Origin: Candidatus Daviesbacteria bacterium
Lineage (GTDB): Bacteria; Patescibacteriota; Microgenomatia; Daviesbacterales; UBA10151
Length of the DNA stretch: 64,000 nt
Assembly (NCBI GenBank): GCA_016176465.1
Contig: JACOXD010000006.1
Span: forward strand, 7,878 to 71,877
Direction of reading: 5' to 3'
This document shows positions 36,998-46,083 of this stretch, one piece after another. Each line of letters starts with the position of its first letter. The stretch's first letter is position 1. A program made the translations under genes and the position numbers. The notes beneath the pieces were generated by a model, which worked only from the letters and a program-made list of their open reading frames with translations, did no database searches and was not told the origin of the DNA.

Positions 36998-38884
36998 ATG
37001 GGTAAAGCTAAACTGTTTTTAATTCTAACTTTTTTTCTATTATTTTTTCTCCTAACACCCAAGGTTTATGGACAAGGAGGTTCAGGTGGAGTTATTAAAC
37101 AAGAGGATACTCCATGTCCCAATACACCAGTAATCGGGGATGCATGTGAATGGGTTGACGACAATATAATCACACCTGTTAATCAATGGGGTTGTGATAA
37201 TTTTGGGAAATGCAGTGACGAAGGACGAGACCCTATCACCCCAACTCCAGAAGAACCAAACCCCACTAATCAATCAGCTACATCAGAGGGCGATGATCCC
37301 CCTCCTAATTGCGGAATCGTACAATTTGTATGTAATGCGGTAGAACCAATAGTTGATGCAGGCGAGTCAGCAGTTGAAGCTGGAGGGGGTGTTGTTGAAA
37401 CAGTTAAAACTGCTGTTGGTGACGCAGTTACCAGTGTTACATGCGGAGTAGCTGGAGTTTGGTGTGGAGACGACAACTCCTCATCCGCTCAAGGAAGTGA
37501 TCAAGAAACTAGTACTAATGATGAAGATGGTAATAGTAATCTTCCAGTTCCTGCTGATAGGGGTAACAGGAATGATGAAGATAATGACCGTATTCCGGAT
37601 GATGAAGATGTTTGTCCTTACAGAGCAGGGCCTAGAAGAAATGTAAATAATGGGTGTCCTATTAGTACAACTGGGCAAGGCCAAGAAGACCAAGGACAGA
37701 GTGCTACCTCTGATTGTAATACACTTGGATGTCCGCAAGGCAAACAATGTCTTCCACTTAGCATTGTAGGAGGTGATCCAAACACTTTTAGATGTATACT
37801 TAAAGCAGCTTTAAATGATTGTAGGACTAAGGGTTGTCCAGATCCAGTAAATCAAGTATGTACTCAAATAGGAACTAGTGGAGCTTGGGGTTGCCCAGGG
37901 ATTAACACGCCTGGAGCTGGAGTCAAAAATGAAACTCCTTATAATCCAGCTAATGATCGAGATGGTGATGGAATACCAAATATTAATGGGGAGGATGTTT
38001 GTCCAGATTCCAGGGGACCTAGAAGGGCTGTTAGAAACGGCTGTCCAGCTGGGCCTGATCCTGACTTTGAAGAAGCAGATTGTAATGGTAGGTGTGGAAT
38101 CAATGATATGGTAAACTTTCCGCGCTGTCTCTATGTCGCCGCAGGATTATATGCGTGTTATGCTAATGACCCATCAGCTGAGGTTCCCTCACGGACAAGA
38201 GAAGTAGAAAATCAAGCAACTATAGCAACCAATGGGGAGTATCGACCTGGTCAATCCACGCAGTTCACCCCTCCCTCTAATCCTAATTTATCTGATGTAC
38301 CTTGTATATACACAGATCTAAAAGGAGGAGAAAATAAGTGTTATATAGGAAAATGTAGAAAAGATCACTTGGAAGATTGTACTTTTAATAATTGGTGTGA
38401 ATACTCACCTGATATTCATAGACAAATAGATTGTCCAAGCAGACCCCAGGTATGTATTTATCCTCAGAAAGAAACAACTGGGGATGCTTGTTATTATGGA
38501 ATCTGTGAAGGTGATAATTGTAAGCAGGGACAAGTATCAGACCAATGTGCGTATATGGGAGGGTTGGGACAAAAATTAAATAGCTGCCCAACTGGCTCTA
38601 CTACTTCTGCCTCTAGTCAAGGATCAGGAGGTAGTAAAGGGTTAAGAGAGATCTGGATATATGAACAGCCTTTTTCAAATGATATTCCTGTTAAGAAACT
38701 CCTCCCTTCAGATTGTAATTTTATTTCAGGCAATCTATTATGTAACTACAAATTCAGGGATAATATAAAAGAACCAAAAACTATTTATGTTAGATTTATA
38801 TCTAATGAAAAAGATCTCAATACTCCAGATCCAGATGACTATAAATTTAAAGATGCAGAGCCATTAAGAATTGATAGGAACTAG
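36998..38884 (+). CDS. secreted Cys-rich protein with thrombospondin type-3-like Ca-binding repeats and a C-terminal Cys-rich module shared with ORF 43701
   Basis: Signal peptide. Two DxDxDGIPDxxDVCP...GPRRxVxNGCP units. C-terminal PCIYTDLKGGENKCYIGKC...QIDCP...VCIYPQ...CYYGICEG...GQKLNSCP. Confidence 0.6.
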   Translation: MGKAKLFLILTFFLLFFLLTPKVYGQGGSGGVIKQEDTPCPNTPVIGDACEWVDDNIITPVNQWGCDNFGKCSDEGRDPITPTPEEPNPTNQSATSEGDDPPPNCGIVQFVCNAVEPIVDAGESAVEAGGGVVETVKTAVGDAVTSVTCGVAGVWCGDDNSSSAQGSDQETSTNDEDGNSNLPVPADRGNRNDEDNDRIPDDEDVCPYRAGPRRNVNNGCPISTTGQGQEDQGQSATSDCNTLGCPQGKQCLPLSIVGGDPNTFRCILKAALNDCRTKGCPDPVNQVCTQIGTSGAWGCPGINTPGAGVKNETPYNPANDRDGDGIPNINGEDVCPDSRGPRRAVRNGCPAGPDPDFEEADCNGRCGINDMVNFPRCLYVAAGLYACYANDPSAEVPSRTREVENQATIATNGEYRPGQSTQFTPPSNPNLSDVPCIYTDLKGGENKCYIGKCRKDHLEDCTFNNWCEYSPDIHRQIDCPSRPQVCIYPQKETTGDACYYGICEGDNCKQGQVSDQCAYMGGLGQKLNSCPTGSTTSASSQGSGGSKGLREIWIYEQPFSNDIPVKKLLPSDCNFISGNLLCNYKFRDNIKEPKTIYVRFISNEKDLNTPDPDDYKFKDAEPLRIDRN

Positions 38885-38916
38885 ACTATTTTAAAAAAAT
38901 AAGATAATCTAAATTT

Positions 38917-40110
38917 ATGACCCTTTTAGAAAAAATCAGAAATTCTCAAATAGGACAGTTACTAGATAGAAAAAATTTTAAAAACTTAGTTATTGTTGTA
39001 ATTTTACTCCTGCTTTTACCTATTGCCTTATTTTTAATCTCTCAGCAAGCCAAGTATAAATCACAAGCAGCAACAGCAGGAGTGCAAGTTGCAAGAGATA
39101 ATCGAATACAAAAAGATAGTAATCCTCCAGTGGCTTTAGGTGATGAGATTGGTCTAATTTTAACTTCTCCTTTTGATGTGCCTGGAGGCAATCAAGCAGG
39201 TGGACAACCAGTAAGTTCACAGACCCAATCAGGATTGGATGCAGCTAAAATAGCTAGGTGTGAAGCAATCCCTCATTGTAGTGGTGCCAACTGTACTTTT
39301 GAGGTTAAGTTTTATAAAAACGGTCAAAAACAATCTTCTGGCTACGAAATAGCTTGGGAAGCTAATGCAGGGGATGCAAGATTTACCAAACAAGATCCTT
39401 CTAAGCCTGCTGGAAGCTGTAACAAAGACCATCCTGAAAATTGTATTCCTGAAAGTGGGGATCCAAAAGCAATTTCTGGCTGGTTATCTTTAACAACTCC
39501 TAATGATAAAGGTGATGTTGCTACTGATTCCAAGGTATCTATTGACTATGGTAATGCTGCTGAGGGGCCTTATACAGCTAAATTTAATATAAGAACCAAT
39601 GATGACCCAGGTTTATTTGCCTCTTGCCAAGTAAGGGTTTTGAGCCCAGGAGGTATAGCTTCAGGAACAGGAGCTGATATTGGTTATAACTGCTCCAGAG
39701 CCTGCAATGGACAAATTAGGGTTCATGTATTTGAAGATCTAAATGGGAATAAGAAGTTAGACAATGACCCCTCTATAGATGATGTATTAAATGGGGCAAA
39801 AGTAAAAATTGTCAGCACAGATGATTCTAGGGACCACGTAGAGATTACCAGGATTACCCAAGATAGAGGAAGAGCTTACTTTGACTGTATTCCAGCCAAA
39901 CAAGTTTCACTAAAACCAAATTGTATACCAAATGATAAAGACGACTGTACTACAAATGATGGTATAAAATATAGTGTAACTTTGCAATCAGTTCCTTCAG
40001 GCCACTCACTTCCTTCTGTAAATGTAAGCACCTCTCCTAACTTAGATTCCTGCAATGATACAGATGATGTTAACTTCCCTTTACCACCCAGCTTCGGGGC
40101 CAACCGTTAA
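38917..40110 (+). CDS. secreted/anchored hypothetical protein
   Basis: 397 aa with N-terminal signal-anchor. Cys-containing extracellular region. Confidence 0.5.
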   Translation: MTLLEKIRNSQIGQLLDRKNFKNLVIVVILLLLLPIALFLISQQAKYKSQAATAGVQVARDNRIQKDSNPPVALGDEIGLILTSPFDVPGGNQAGGQPVSSQTQSGLDAAKIARCEAIPHCSGANCTFEVKFYKNGQKQSSGYEIAWEANAGDARFTKQDPSKPAGSCNKDHPENCIPESGDPKAISGWLSLTTPNDKGDVATDSKVSIDYGNAAEGPYTAKFNIRTNDDPGLFASCQVRVLSPGGIASGTGADIGYNCSRACNGQIRVHVFEDLNGNKKLDNDPSIDDVLNGAKVKIVSTDDSRDHVEITRITQDRGRAYFDCIPAKQVSLKPNCIPNDKDDCTTNDGIKYSVTLQSVPSGHSLPSVNVSTSPNLDSCNDTDDVNFPLPPSFGANR

Positions 40111-40160
40111 GATTGACTAAACCCCTAACTACCTATTAAGTAAGATATTGAGATAGTGTG
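40109..40160 (+). promoter_or_regulatory. repeated promoter motif (attgactaa...ta(t)tcta), copy 1 of 3
   Basis: TTGACT -35-like box. Related sequences at 40463 and 41345. Confidence 0.4.
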
Positions 40161-40183
40161 CCTTTTTTGTTAATGTAAAGCAT

Positions 40184-40453
40184 ATGTTAACTGTTGATGA
40201 TATTAAAAAATTAGCTGAGGTTTTTGTTACTAAAGAAGAGTTAAAGCAGGAAGTTGAAAAACTTTTAACTAGGGATGAATTTAATGAGAAATATGACAAG
40301 ATTATGAACATGCTTGATAAAGTTTATGGTGAAGTAAAGACTATGCGAGAGGAACAAGCAGCTCACACTCAGAGACACGAGGACGTTGAAAATCGCCTAA
40401 TCAAAATAGAGACAATCCCCTCTGTTGCTCATGAACTTAAAAAGAAACTCTAA
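40184..40453 (+). CDS. small coiled-coil hypothetical protein (paralog of the 14976 ORF)
   Basis: 89 aa, heptad-rich, shared N-terminal motif. Confidence 0.4.
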   Translation: MLTVDDIKKLAEVFVTKEELKQEVEKLLTRDEFNEKYDKIMNMLDKVYGEVKTMREEQAAHTQRHEDVENRLIKIETIPSVAHELKKKL

Positions 40454-40462
40454 AAAGTTTAG

Positions 40463-40583
40463 ATAGAATTGACTAATTCCCTCTTAAGTCTTATTCTAAA
40501 GATGGACTAAAGATCTGCCACAAATGCTAATAAAGAAGATTTTGAACTCCTAAGGTCAGGAAACCCTAATATTTCCAAGGATT
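40463..40583. repeat. ~120-bp direct repeat copy A (duplicate of promoter + first ~20 codons of gene 41404)
   Basis: About 85% identical to 41345-41464. The reading frame is disrupted here. Confidence 0.7.
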
Positions 40584-40610
40584 GCATAAGTAGGTGGTAT
40601 TATTTTAATA

Positions 40611-41195
40611 ATGGTCATCTTCATTGATGAATCTGGTACTCATAAACAATCTGATCATGCAACTATTGCTTTAGTTTATGTAGAAATAACAGATTTGGAA
40701 ATCTTTGAGCAAGCTGTTGAAGGGATTGAAAAAGGGCTTGGTATTAAGTACTTCCACTGGACTGATGAAAAATGGCAAAAGAGAGAAAAATTTATTGAGC
40801 AACTTTTAAAGTTAGATTTTACTTTCAAGGTAGCCATTTTGGAAAATCCTGTTAAACTTTCCAAGGATCTAGAAGAAATATTAAAACACCTTGTGGTTGA
40901 AGAAAATATCAGGAAAATTATTCTTGATGGCAGAAAACCTAAGTGGTACAACCAACGGCTTAAAAAATTACTTAGAGATAAAGGAGTATCAGTAAAAAAG
41001 ATTGTAACAATCAGAAAAGATGAATCTAGCCCTGGAATAAGAGTAGCTGATTGTTTAGCAGGACTTGTCAGAACTTCCTTTGATAATCCAGACTCTTTAG
41101 CTTCCAAGCTATATAACAAATTGAAAAAAGCAAACAAGGTTAGATTTGAATTAACTGGTTACTCGCATAAGCAGAGCTTGCGACCTTCGGTCTAA
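40611..41195 (+). CDS. DUF3800-like protein
   Basis: N-terminal IFIDESG motif and later RVADCLAG, as in DUF3800 proteins. Bracketed by the 120-bp direct repeats. Confidence 0.5.
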   Translation: MVIFIDESGTHKQSDHATIALVYVEITDLEIFEQAVEGIEKGLGIKYFHWTDEKWQKREKFIEQLLKLDFTFKVAILENPVKLSKDLEEILKHLVVEENIRKIILDGRKPKWYNQRLKKLLRDKGVSVKKIVTIRKDESSPGIRVADCLAGLVRTSFDNPDSLASKLYNKLKKANKVRFELTGYSHKQSLRPSV

Positions 41196-41344
41196 AAAAA
41201 GCCCCGCTTAAAGCGAGGCCAGTTGTACAAGTAGTTCCAAATTGCTTGAAACTCGGCGGCTCACCGTCCTTTGTCCCTGCCAACTTGTTGTAGCTGTATG
41301 TTACCACAATTATTATATTAATGTAAAGACATATTTCTTCTTAA

Positions 41345-41464
41345 TAGATTGACTAGTCCCCATTTAAGCTTTATTCTAAAGATAGATATAAATTCTGCCT
41401 TAAATGTTAAGTAAAGAAGATTTTGAACTCCTAAGATCAGGAAATCCTAATTTATCCAAGGATT
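41345..41464. repeat. ~120-bp direct repeat copy B (native promoter/5' end of gene 41404)
   Basis: See copy A. Confidence 0.7.
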
Positions 41465-43692
41465 TTAGGAAATTAAAGTTTGTACTAATTATTTTAATAG
41501 TATTAACTTTTATAATTATTGCTACTCCTTTAGGAGTTTATTTAGTAATAGAAAATTCAAATAAAGATTCCTCTCTAGCCTCCTCCCAAAACTCTAACCT
41601 TTTATACAATACAGGAAGACAAATTTATAATTTAGGGAGTGCTGCAGCTGCTAGATTAGGACTAGCTTCATCGGATACTACCTTTACAGGGAATATTATT
41701 GCACACGAAGGCGAAGGAGGACATATATTAGCAGGGCCTCCATTATCTGATACAGGCAGATCTAATAAAGAAGATATAAAAATAAGAATTGAAGCTCCTG
41801 TAGGCACTACTAAAGTTATCTTATCTGATGCGTTTAGATTAAATTATCCTTTTCTAAACGCACAAGGCATGCCATCTTGCACTGACTCTCAAACAGGACA
41901 AAAATTAAGTAGTTGTCAGGAAATAACAAATTTTATTTATTCAGATGGTAGCACGGATGTTGACTGGAATTTAAAAAGAGGAACAAACCAAATTCAAGCT
42001 TTGTATATTATTGATAATCAGTTTGATTTAGGTAATGCCAGTACAAGTAATATCTTAAGTGTTTTTTATGATCCTGTTTGCATGGCGCAAAGATTAATTG
42101 ACAGTGAGGGAAATCCTATCTCACTTGATTATATTGATACTGATCCTGATAGATATTACAGTAGCTTATATGCAACTGAAATTTATAGCTGTAGTGAAGA
42201 AACAGGTTTTTGTGATGGTAGACTTTTATCCCCTGGTTATGCATGCCAGATTTCAAACCCTACTGAAAGGGATATAACTGGGACCATTAGAACGTGTGTA
42301 ACAAAAACACCTGGTGGATCACATCTACAAAGTATTCAATGTACTGCCAACATAAGACCTTGTAATCCACTAGAGGTAGGAGGTTCTAATGAAAGTATAC
42401 TAGACGCTCTCGTAGACAGTTTAGTCGAGGATTTAACCGTTGGAGAATACTGTTACATAGAAGGGACTGCAAATACTTATTCTGAGGATACAGGGCATAT
42501 AGTTTTAGGCGCTACAGCTGTTAGTTCAGAAACTGTCAGAGCACTTGAGCAAAGAGCCTCAAACGGACAACTTTCTCCTGAAGAATTAAGTAGATTAGAA
42601 AGAGTCAGAGCCATTCAAAGTAGACAAATTGCCCAACGCATGGGAGAAAATATAAGCGGAGGAGGCAGAGTCAAAGCCTTATTAAGAATCGCCTCAGTTG
42701 CGGTCTTAGTCCTTCCCCATATCGCTGGTATTGTTAGTAACATTCCAGGAGGGGTAACTGTTGGAGACAATATTACACCTCCAGTTATAGAGGGTATCCA
42801 ACTTTGTGAAAATGTAACTGATCCTACTCAGTTTTGTATTGATGGAGAGACTGGTGAACTATGGTTTTATCCCGCATTTCTAAATAGTTTTGGACTAGGT
42901 ATACAAAATGCTAATATAAAGCGTTTTTCACTCCCTAATATGCTCAATAGGTTTGTAAGGTATGATCCCACAGGAAGAGCAAATTTAGTAGACGAGAATG
43001 GTCGTGTCGCAATGGTGGTTGACGCAGGTTTAAAACTAAGCCGTTTACATGAAAGTGCCAATAATTTGACTGGACGAGTTTTAAAAGAAATCTTTCCTAA
43101 TAAAAATTTCCGAGTTTTATTAAATGAAGGTAGTGGAGGTGTTCTCTGGCAAGATATCGGGGAACCTTCCTTAGTTTATAAGGTAGCTTTTCCTTTAGAT
43201 GATGTGCCAAAAGATACTGATTGGGAAAACTGGTATTCAAGTTATCGTCATTCTGATGATACCTACCAACGGAACGAGGCTAAAGTAATAGCTTTATTAA
43301 ATCAATACGGTCTTACGCCTCGCTTGCATTTATTTGTTCCATCCAGCGCGAATCCTGACCCTATACCAGGAAGGGTTTTAGATACAGTGGAAATCCCAAT
43401 AAGTAGACAGACTTCCAGAGTACCTATTATTGTTATGGACTATGTAGAAATTAATGAAGATAGGTTGGATCAATTACCCGAAGAACAAAAAAGACAATGG
43501 GCGTTAAGAACGGCCCAGATATTAGAAAGTTTACGACTTTTCCCGGCGGATACTGAAATAGTTTTTGATGAAATATCAGGAACTATAAAATTTGTAGATT
43601 TAGGAGGTATGTCTGAGAAATACGATGGGTTAGTTGAACATTTTGGTTCTCTTTATGAAAGACTCAGTAGTCTGCTTCAGATTACTCCTTAA
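41404..43692 (+). CDS. large membrane-anchored extracellular protein
   Basis: 762 aa with N-terminal TM anchor. Shares the GQKLSSC motif with neighbouring Cys-rich proteins. Confidence 0.5.
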   Translation: MLSKEDFELLRSGNPNLSKDFRKLKFVLIILIVLTFIIIATPLGVYLVIENSNKDSSLASSQNSNLLYNTGRQIYNLGSAAAARLGLASSDTTFTGNIIAHEGEGGHILAGPPLSDTGRSNKEDIKIRIEAPVGTTKVILSDAFRLNYPFLNAQGMPSCTDSQTGQKLSSCQEITNFIYSDGSTDVDWNLKRGTNQIQALYIIDNQFDLGNASTSNILSVFYDPVCMAQRLIDSEGNPISLDYIDTDPDRYYSSLYATEIYSCSEETGFCDGRLLSPGYACQISNPTERDITGTIRTCVTKTPGGSHLQSIQCTANIRPCNPLEVGGSNESILDALVDSLVEDLTVGEYCYIEGTANTYSEDTGHIVLGATAVSSETVRALEQRASNGQLSPEELSRLERVRAIQSRQIAQRMGENISGGGRVKALLRIASVAVLVLPHIAGIVSNIPGGVTVGDNITPPVIEGIQLCENVTDPTQFCIDGETGELWFYPAFLNSFGLGIQNANIKRFSLPNMLNRFVRYDPTGRANLVDENGRVAMVVDAGLKLSRLHESANNLTGRVLKEIFPNKNFRVLLNEGSGGVLWQDIGEPSLVYKVAFPLDDVPKDTDWENWYSSYRHSDDTYQRNEAKVIALLNQYGLTPRLHLFVPSSANPDPIPGRVLDTVEIPISRQTSRVPIIVMDYVEINEDRLDQLPEEQKRQWALRTAQILESLRLFPADTEIVFDEISGTIKFVDLGGMSEKYDGLVEHFGSLYERLSSLLQITP

Positions 43693-43700
43693 CTAAACTA

Positions 43701-45077
43701 ATGAATCAATTTTCCCAAAAAACTATCTTTGACAATCATATTGAAGAGAACTATCCTAAGTTAGTAAGTAAAACTCAATTAATGTTAAGTATTTTATCCA
43801 AGCTAATTATACTCTCAGTAATATTGATACTTATTTTATTAGGAATCCCTTATATAGAAGGTGGAGTATTAGGCTCTGATACAGATGTACCAAGTACAGG
43901 TAGTGATGCATCAACCATTCTCGAACAAATCAACAAGAGAAATGAGGCACCATCATCGAATCAAGGCTGGGAATTAGATTCTGCTGAAGGTCCTTGGCAA
44001 ATTTGGAAATCGAGCGAAAGAATATTACTTTGGGACCAAAGAAGTAACCATAGAGCAGTAGTTATTCGACGTACTCCTAATAACTGGGAAAGTTTAATGC
44101 TATTAAGGAGTGTCCTTAATCAGCAAATACCAGTAGGTACACAAGGTTTATTAAAATTTAATATTGCTCCTCCTGGTGATCCTGAACCACCCCCTTTTTC
44201 AACTGTTACTACTAACGAATTCTCTAATAAAGCCTGTGTTTACTCCCAGCTCGATAATGGTATAGAAAATTGTTATTGGGGAAATTGTAAAGATTCTTCT
44301 AAAAATTGTGGGAGTACTGTTAATGATAATTGTACATATATCCCTGGTAAATCTTCTGGAGAAAAATTATCTTCCTGTCCAGTAGGAGATATCTCTAACT
44401 TAACTCCTTCAAACTATACTATTACTGATCTCTCCTTTAACCCCCCTTGTATCTACTCTGAAGGAGAGAATAAATGTTTTGTAGGAAGGTGTGAGGACAG
44501 TTTAGGAAGGGGTTGTTCATTTAGCAATAATTGTAAATATAATCAAGCTACTCATCAGCAGATAGATTGTCCAGGAAGTGGGGGTAATGTAGATATCTCA
44601 GGTAATGTTTGTATCTATCCTCAAGCAGGAGCTAGTGGTACCTCTTGTTACTATGGAGTGTGTACTAAAGAAGCAGAAGCACAGGGTAAATGTAAACCAT
44701 ATACTGTATCAGAAGGATGTATCTACTCTTCAGGTTTTGGACAAAAACTAAACTCTTGTCCTGCATCAGGGAGTTTAATAGCTAACCCCTCATTGCTGGA
44801 GAGGGCTGCTGGGTTGCTTGGGCTAGGAAGTAATAAATATTTAGTAAAAATAGAAATAGATGATGATCCTAACTTTATAAATGTTTCTTCTGATAATATA
44901 TATAAGGGAGAAAAATTAAATAGTTTAAGAAAAGAGGGTGGAAGTATAATTATTCCAAGCTTTAAACTATCTCCAGCATCTCAAGAGAATAGACAAATAT
45001 GTGTAAGATATACCTCTAATTTAGGAGATACTAATTCTCCACCATGTATATCTATTAGGAAAACTCCTGAACTTTAA
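43701..45077 (+). CDS. membrane-anchored Cys-rich protein with two copies of the CxY...ENKC[YF]xGxC...GQKLNSCP module
   Basis: Paralogous to the C-terminus of ORF 36998. The two C-termini align over about 120 aa with conserved Cys spacing. Confidence 0.55.
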   Translation: MNQFSQKTIFDNHIEENYPKLVSKTQLMLSILSKLIILSVILILILLGIPYIEGGVLGSDTDVPSTGSDASTILEQINKRNEAPSSNQGWELDSAEGPWQIWKSSERILLWDQRSNHRAVVIRRTPNNWESLMLLRSVLNQQIPVGTQGLLKFNIAPPGDPEPPPFSTVTTNEFSNKACVYSQLDNGIENCYWGNCKDSSKNCGSTVNDNCTYIPGKSSGEKLSSCPVGDISNLTPSNYTITDLSFNPPCIYSEGENKCFVGRCEDSLGRGCSFSNNCKYNQATHQQIDCPGSGGNVDISGNVCIYPQAGASGTSCYYGVCTKEAEAQGKCKPYTVSEGCIYSSGFGQKLNSCPASGSLIANPSLLERAAGLLGLGSNKYLVKIEIDDDPNFINVSSDNIYKGEKLNSLRKEGGSIIIPSFKLSPASQENRQICVRYTSNLGDTNSPPCISIRKTPEL

Positions 45078-45102
45078 GGATAAAAGTGCCCGAGCAACAA
45101 GG

Positions 45103-45218
45103 TGTCATCTTGAGCCTCCTCCTTGTCATCCTGATCAGGCGAAGCCTGAGAAGGATCTAGACTCTTCCTCCCTAAAGGGGCCCGCGGCTCAGAATGACAA
45201 AATAAACATCAGAATGAC
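45103..45218. repeat. MITE-like palindromic element (inverted orientation) with tandem terminal repeat
   Basis: tgtcatcttgagcc...tgtcatcctgatcaggcgaagcc...ggatctagactcttcctccctaaaggggcccgcggctcagaatgacaaaataaacatcagaatgac. Confidence 0.8.
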
Positions 45219-45225
45219 TGATAGA

Positions 45226-45540
45226 TTAGGCCAATTCTGCTCTATGCTGTAGGATATTTGCCCAAGTTAAAGCCTTTTCAGCCCATAATAGTCTATTTTT
45301 CCCATTAATTTGTTGTTTTCTTAAGTTTTTATACTCTTTTTTGAAGTTATTCAGAGTACTCTTGAACTTTTCACTAACTTTCTCAGACTGCAGATCACTT
45401 AAATAAGTATCTGTTTGATGGAAAAATCTTTCAATTAACGGGATTTTTTCTTGATAGTCAGCTTGCGCAACCCAGCCTCCAATTCTCCCCATATTTACAG
45501 AAATATTTAAGATTTGAATGTTTTTTGGTAAGTCTCTCAT
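45226..45540 (-). CDS. hypothetical protein
   Basis: 104-aa ORF overlapping the upstream ORF by 4 nt (operonic). Confidence 0.4.
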   Translation of the reverse strand: MRDLPKNIQILNISVNMGRIGGWVAQADYQEKIPLIERFFHQTDTYLSDLQSEKVSEKFKSTLNNFKKEYKNLRKQQINGKNRLLWAEKALTWANILQHRAELA

Positions 45541-45932
45541 AACAATAATTTAGTAATTATTTTATCAATTTTTTCTCTAATTTCAGGGGCGGCTACTATT
45601 CGGCTTGGATTATCCTGATTTGGTCTAACATTAATCATTGAGTCATAATCTATTTTTTTTGTCTTTATATCTACTCCTGCTCCCCATAAATTTTCTTGAC
45701 TACATCCATATTGAAGCAACAGTCTTTCCTTATCATAGTGCATTTCTCCACCGCCCGCTAAGATTTCTTTCTCTATATCCACTACTACCTTAATATAATC
45801 TCCATACTCGTAGCACATTTTCTCAATCTCATTATCATTAGCTTTTTTTTCTCTAAGAATGATAATTGGCATCGATAAATTATAGCATTTTAAAACACTC
45901 TTAAAATATAGATCTTTTTTAGCCTCAAGCAA
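45537..45932 (-). CDS. hypothetical protein
   Basis: 131-aa ORF. Confidence 0.4.
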   Translation of the reverse strand: MLEAKKDLYFKSVLKCYNLSMPIIILREKKANDNEIEKMCYEYGDYIKVVVDIEKEILAGGGEMHYDKERLLLQYGCSQENLWGAGVDIKTKKIDYDSMINVRPNQDNPSRIVAAPEIREKIDKIITKLLL

Positions 45933-46083
45933 GTAATAAAAAGTTATTAAAAATAGTATATATCCTATATTTGATCCTATGAGATATATTTTGATATAAT
46001 TAATATTACTTTATTTTTGGCCCTTACTTACTCTAGAATGTGCTTGGGGTAAGTGGGGGTCAATAAAAATTTAAAGGAGGTTC

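Noticed and set aside
37082-37747. Several minus/plus-strand ORFs within the Cys-rich protein gene 36998..38884
   Set aside because: They are alternative-frame artefacts of a long repetitive coding region.
40676-41137. 153-aa minus-strand ORF
   Set aside because: It is antisense to the DUF3800 ORF, which has recognisable motifs.
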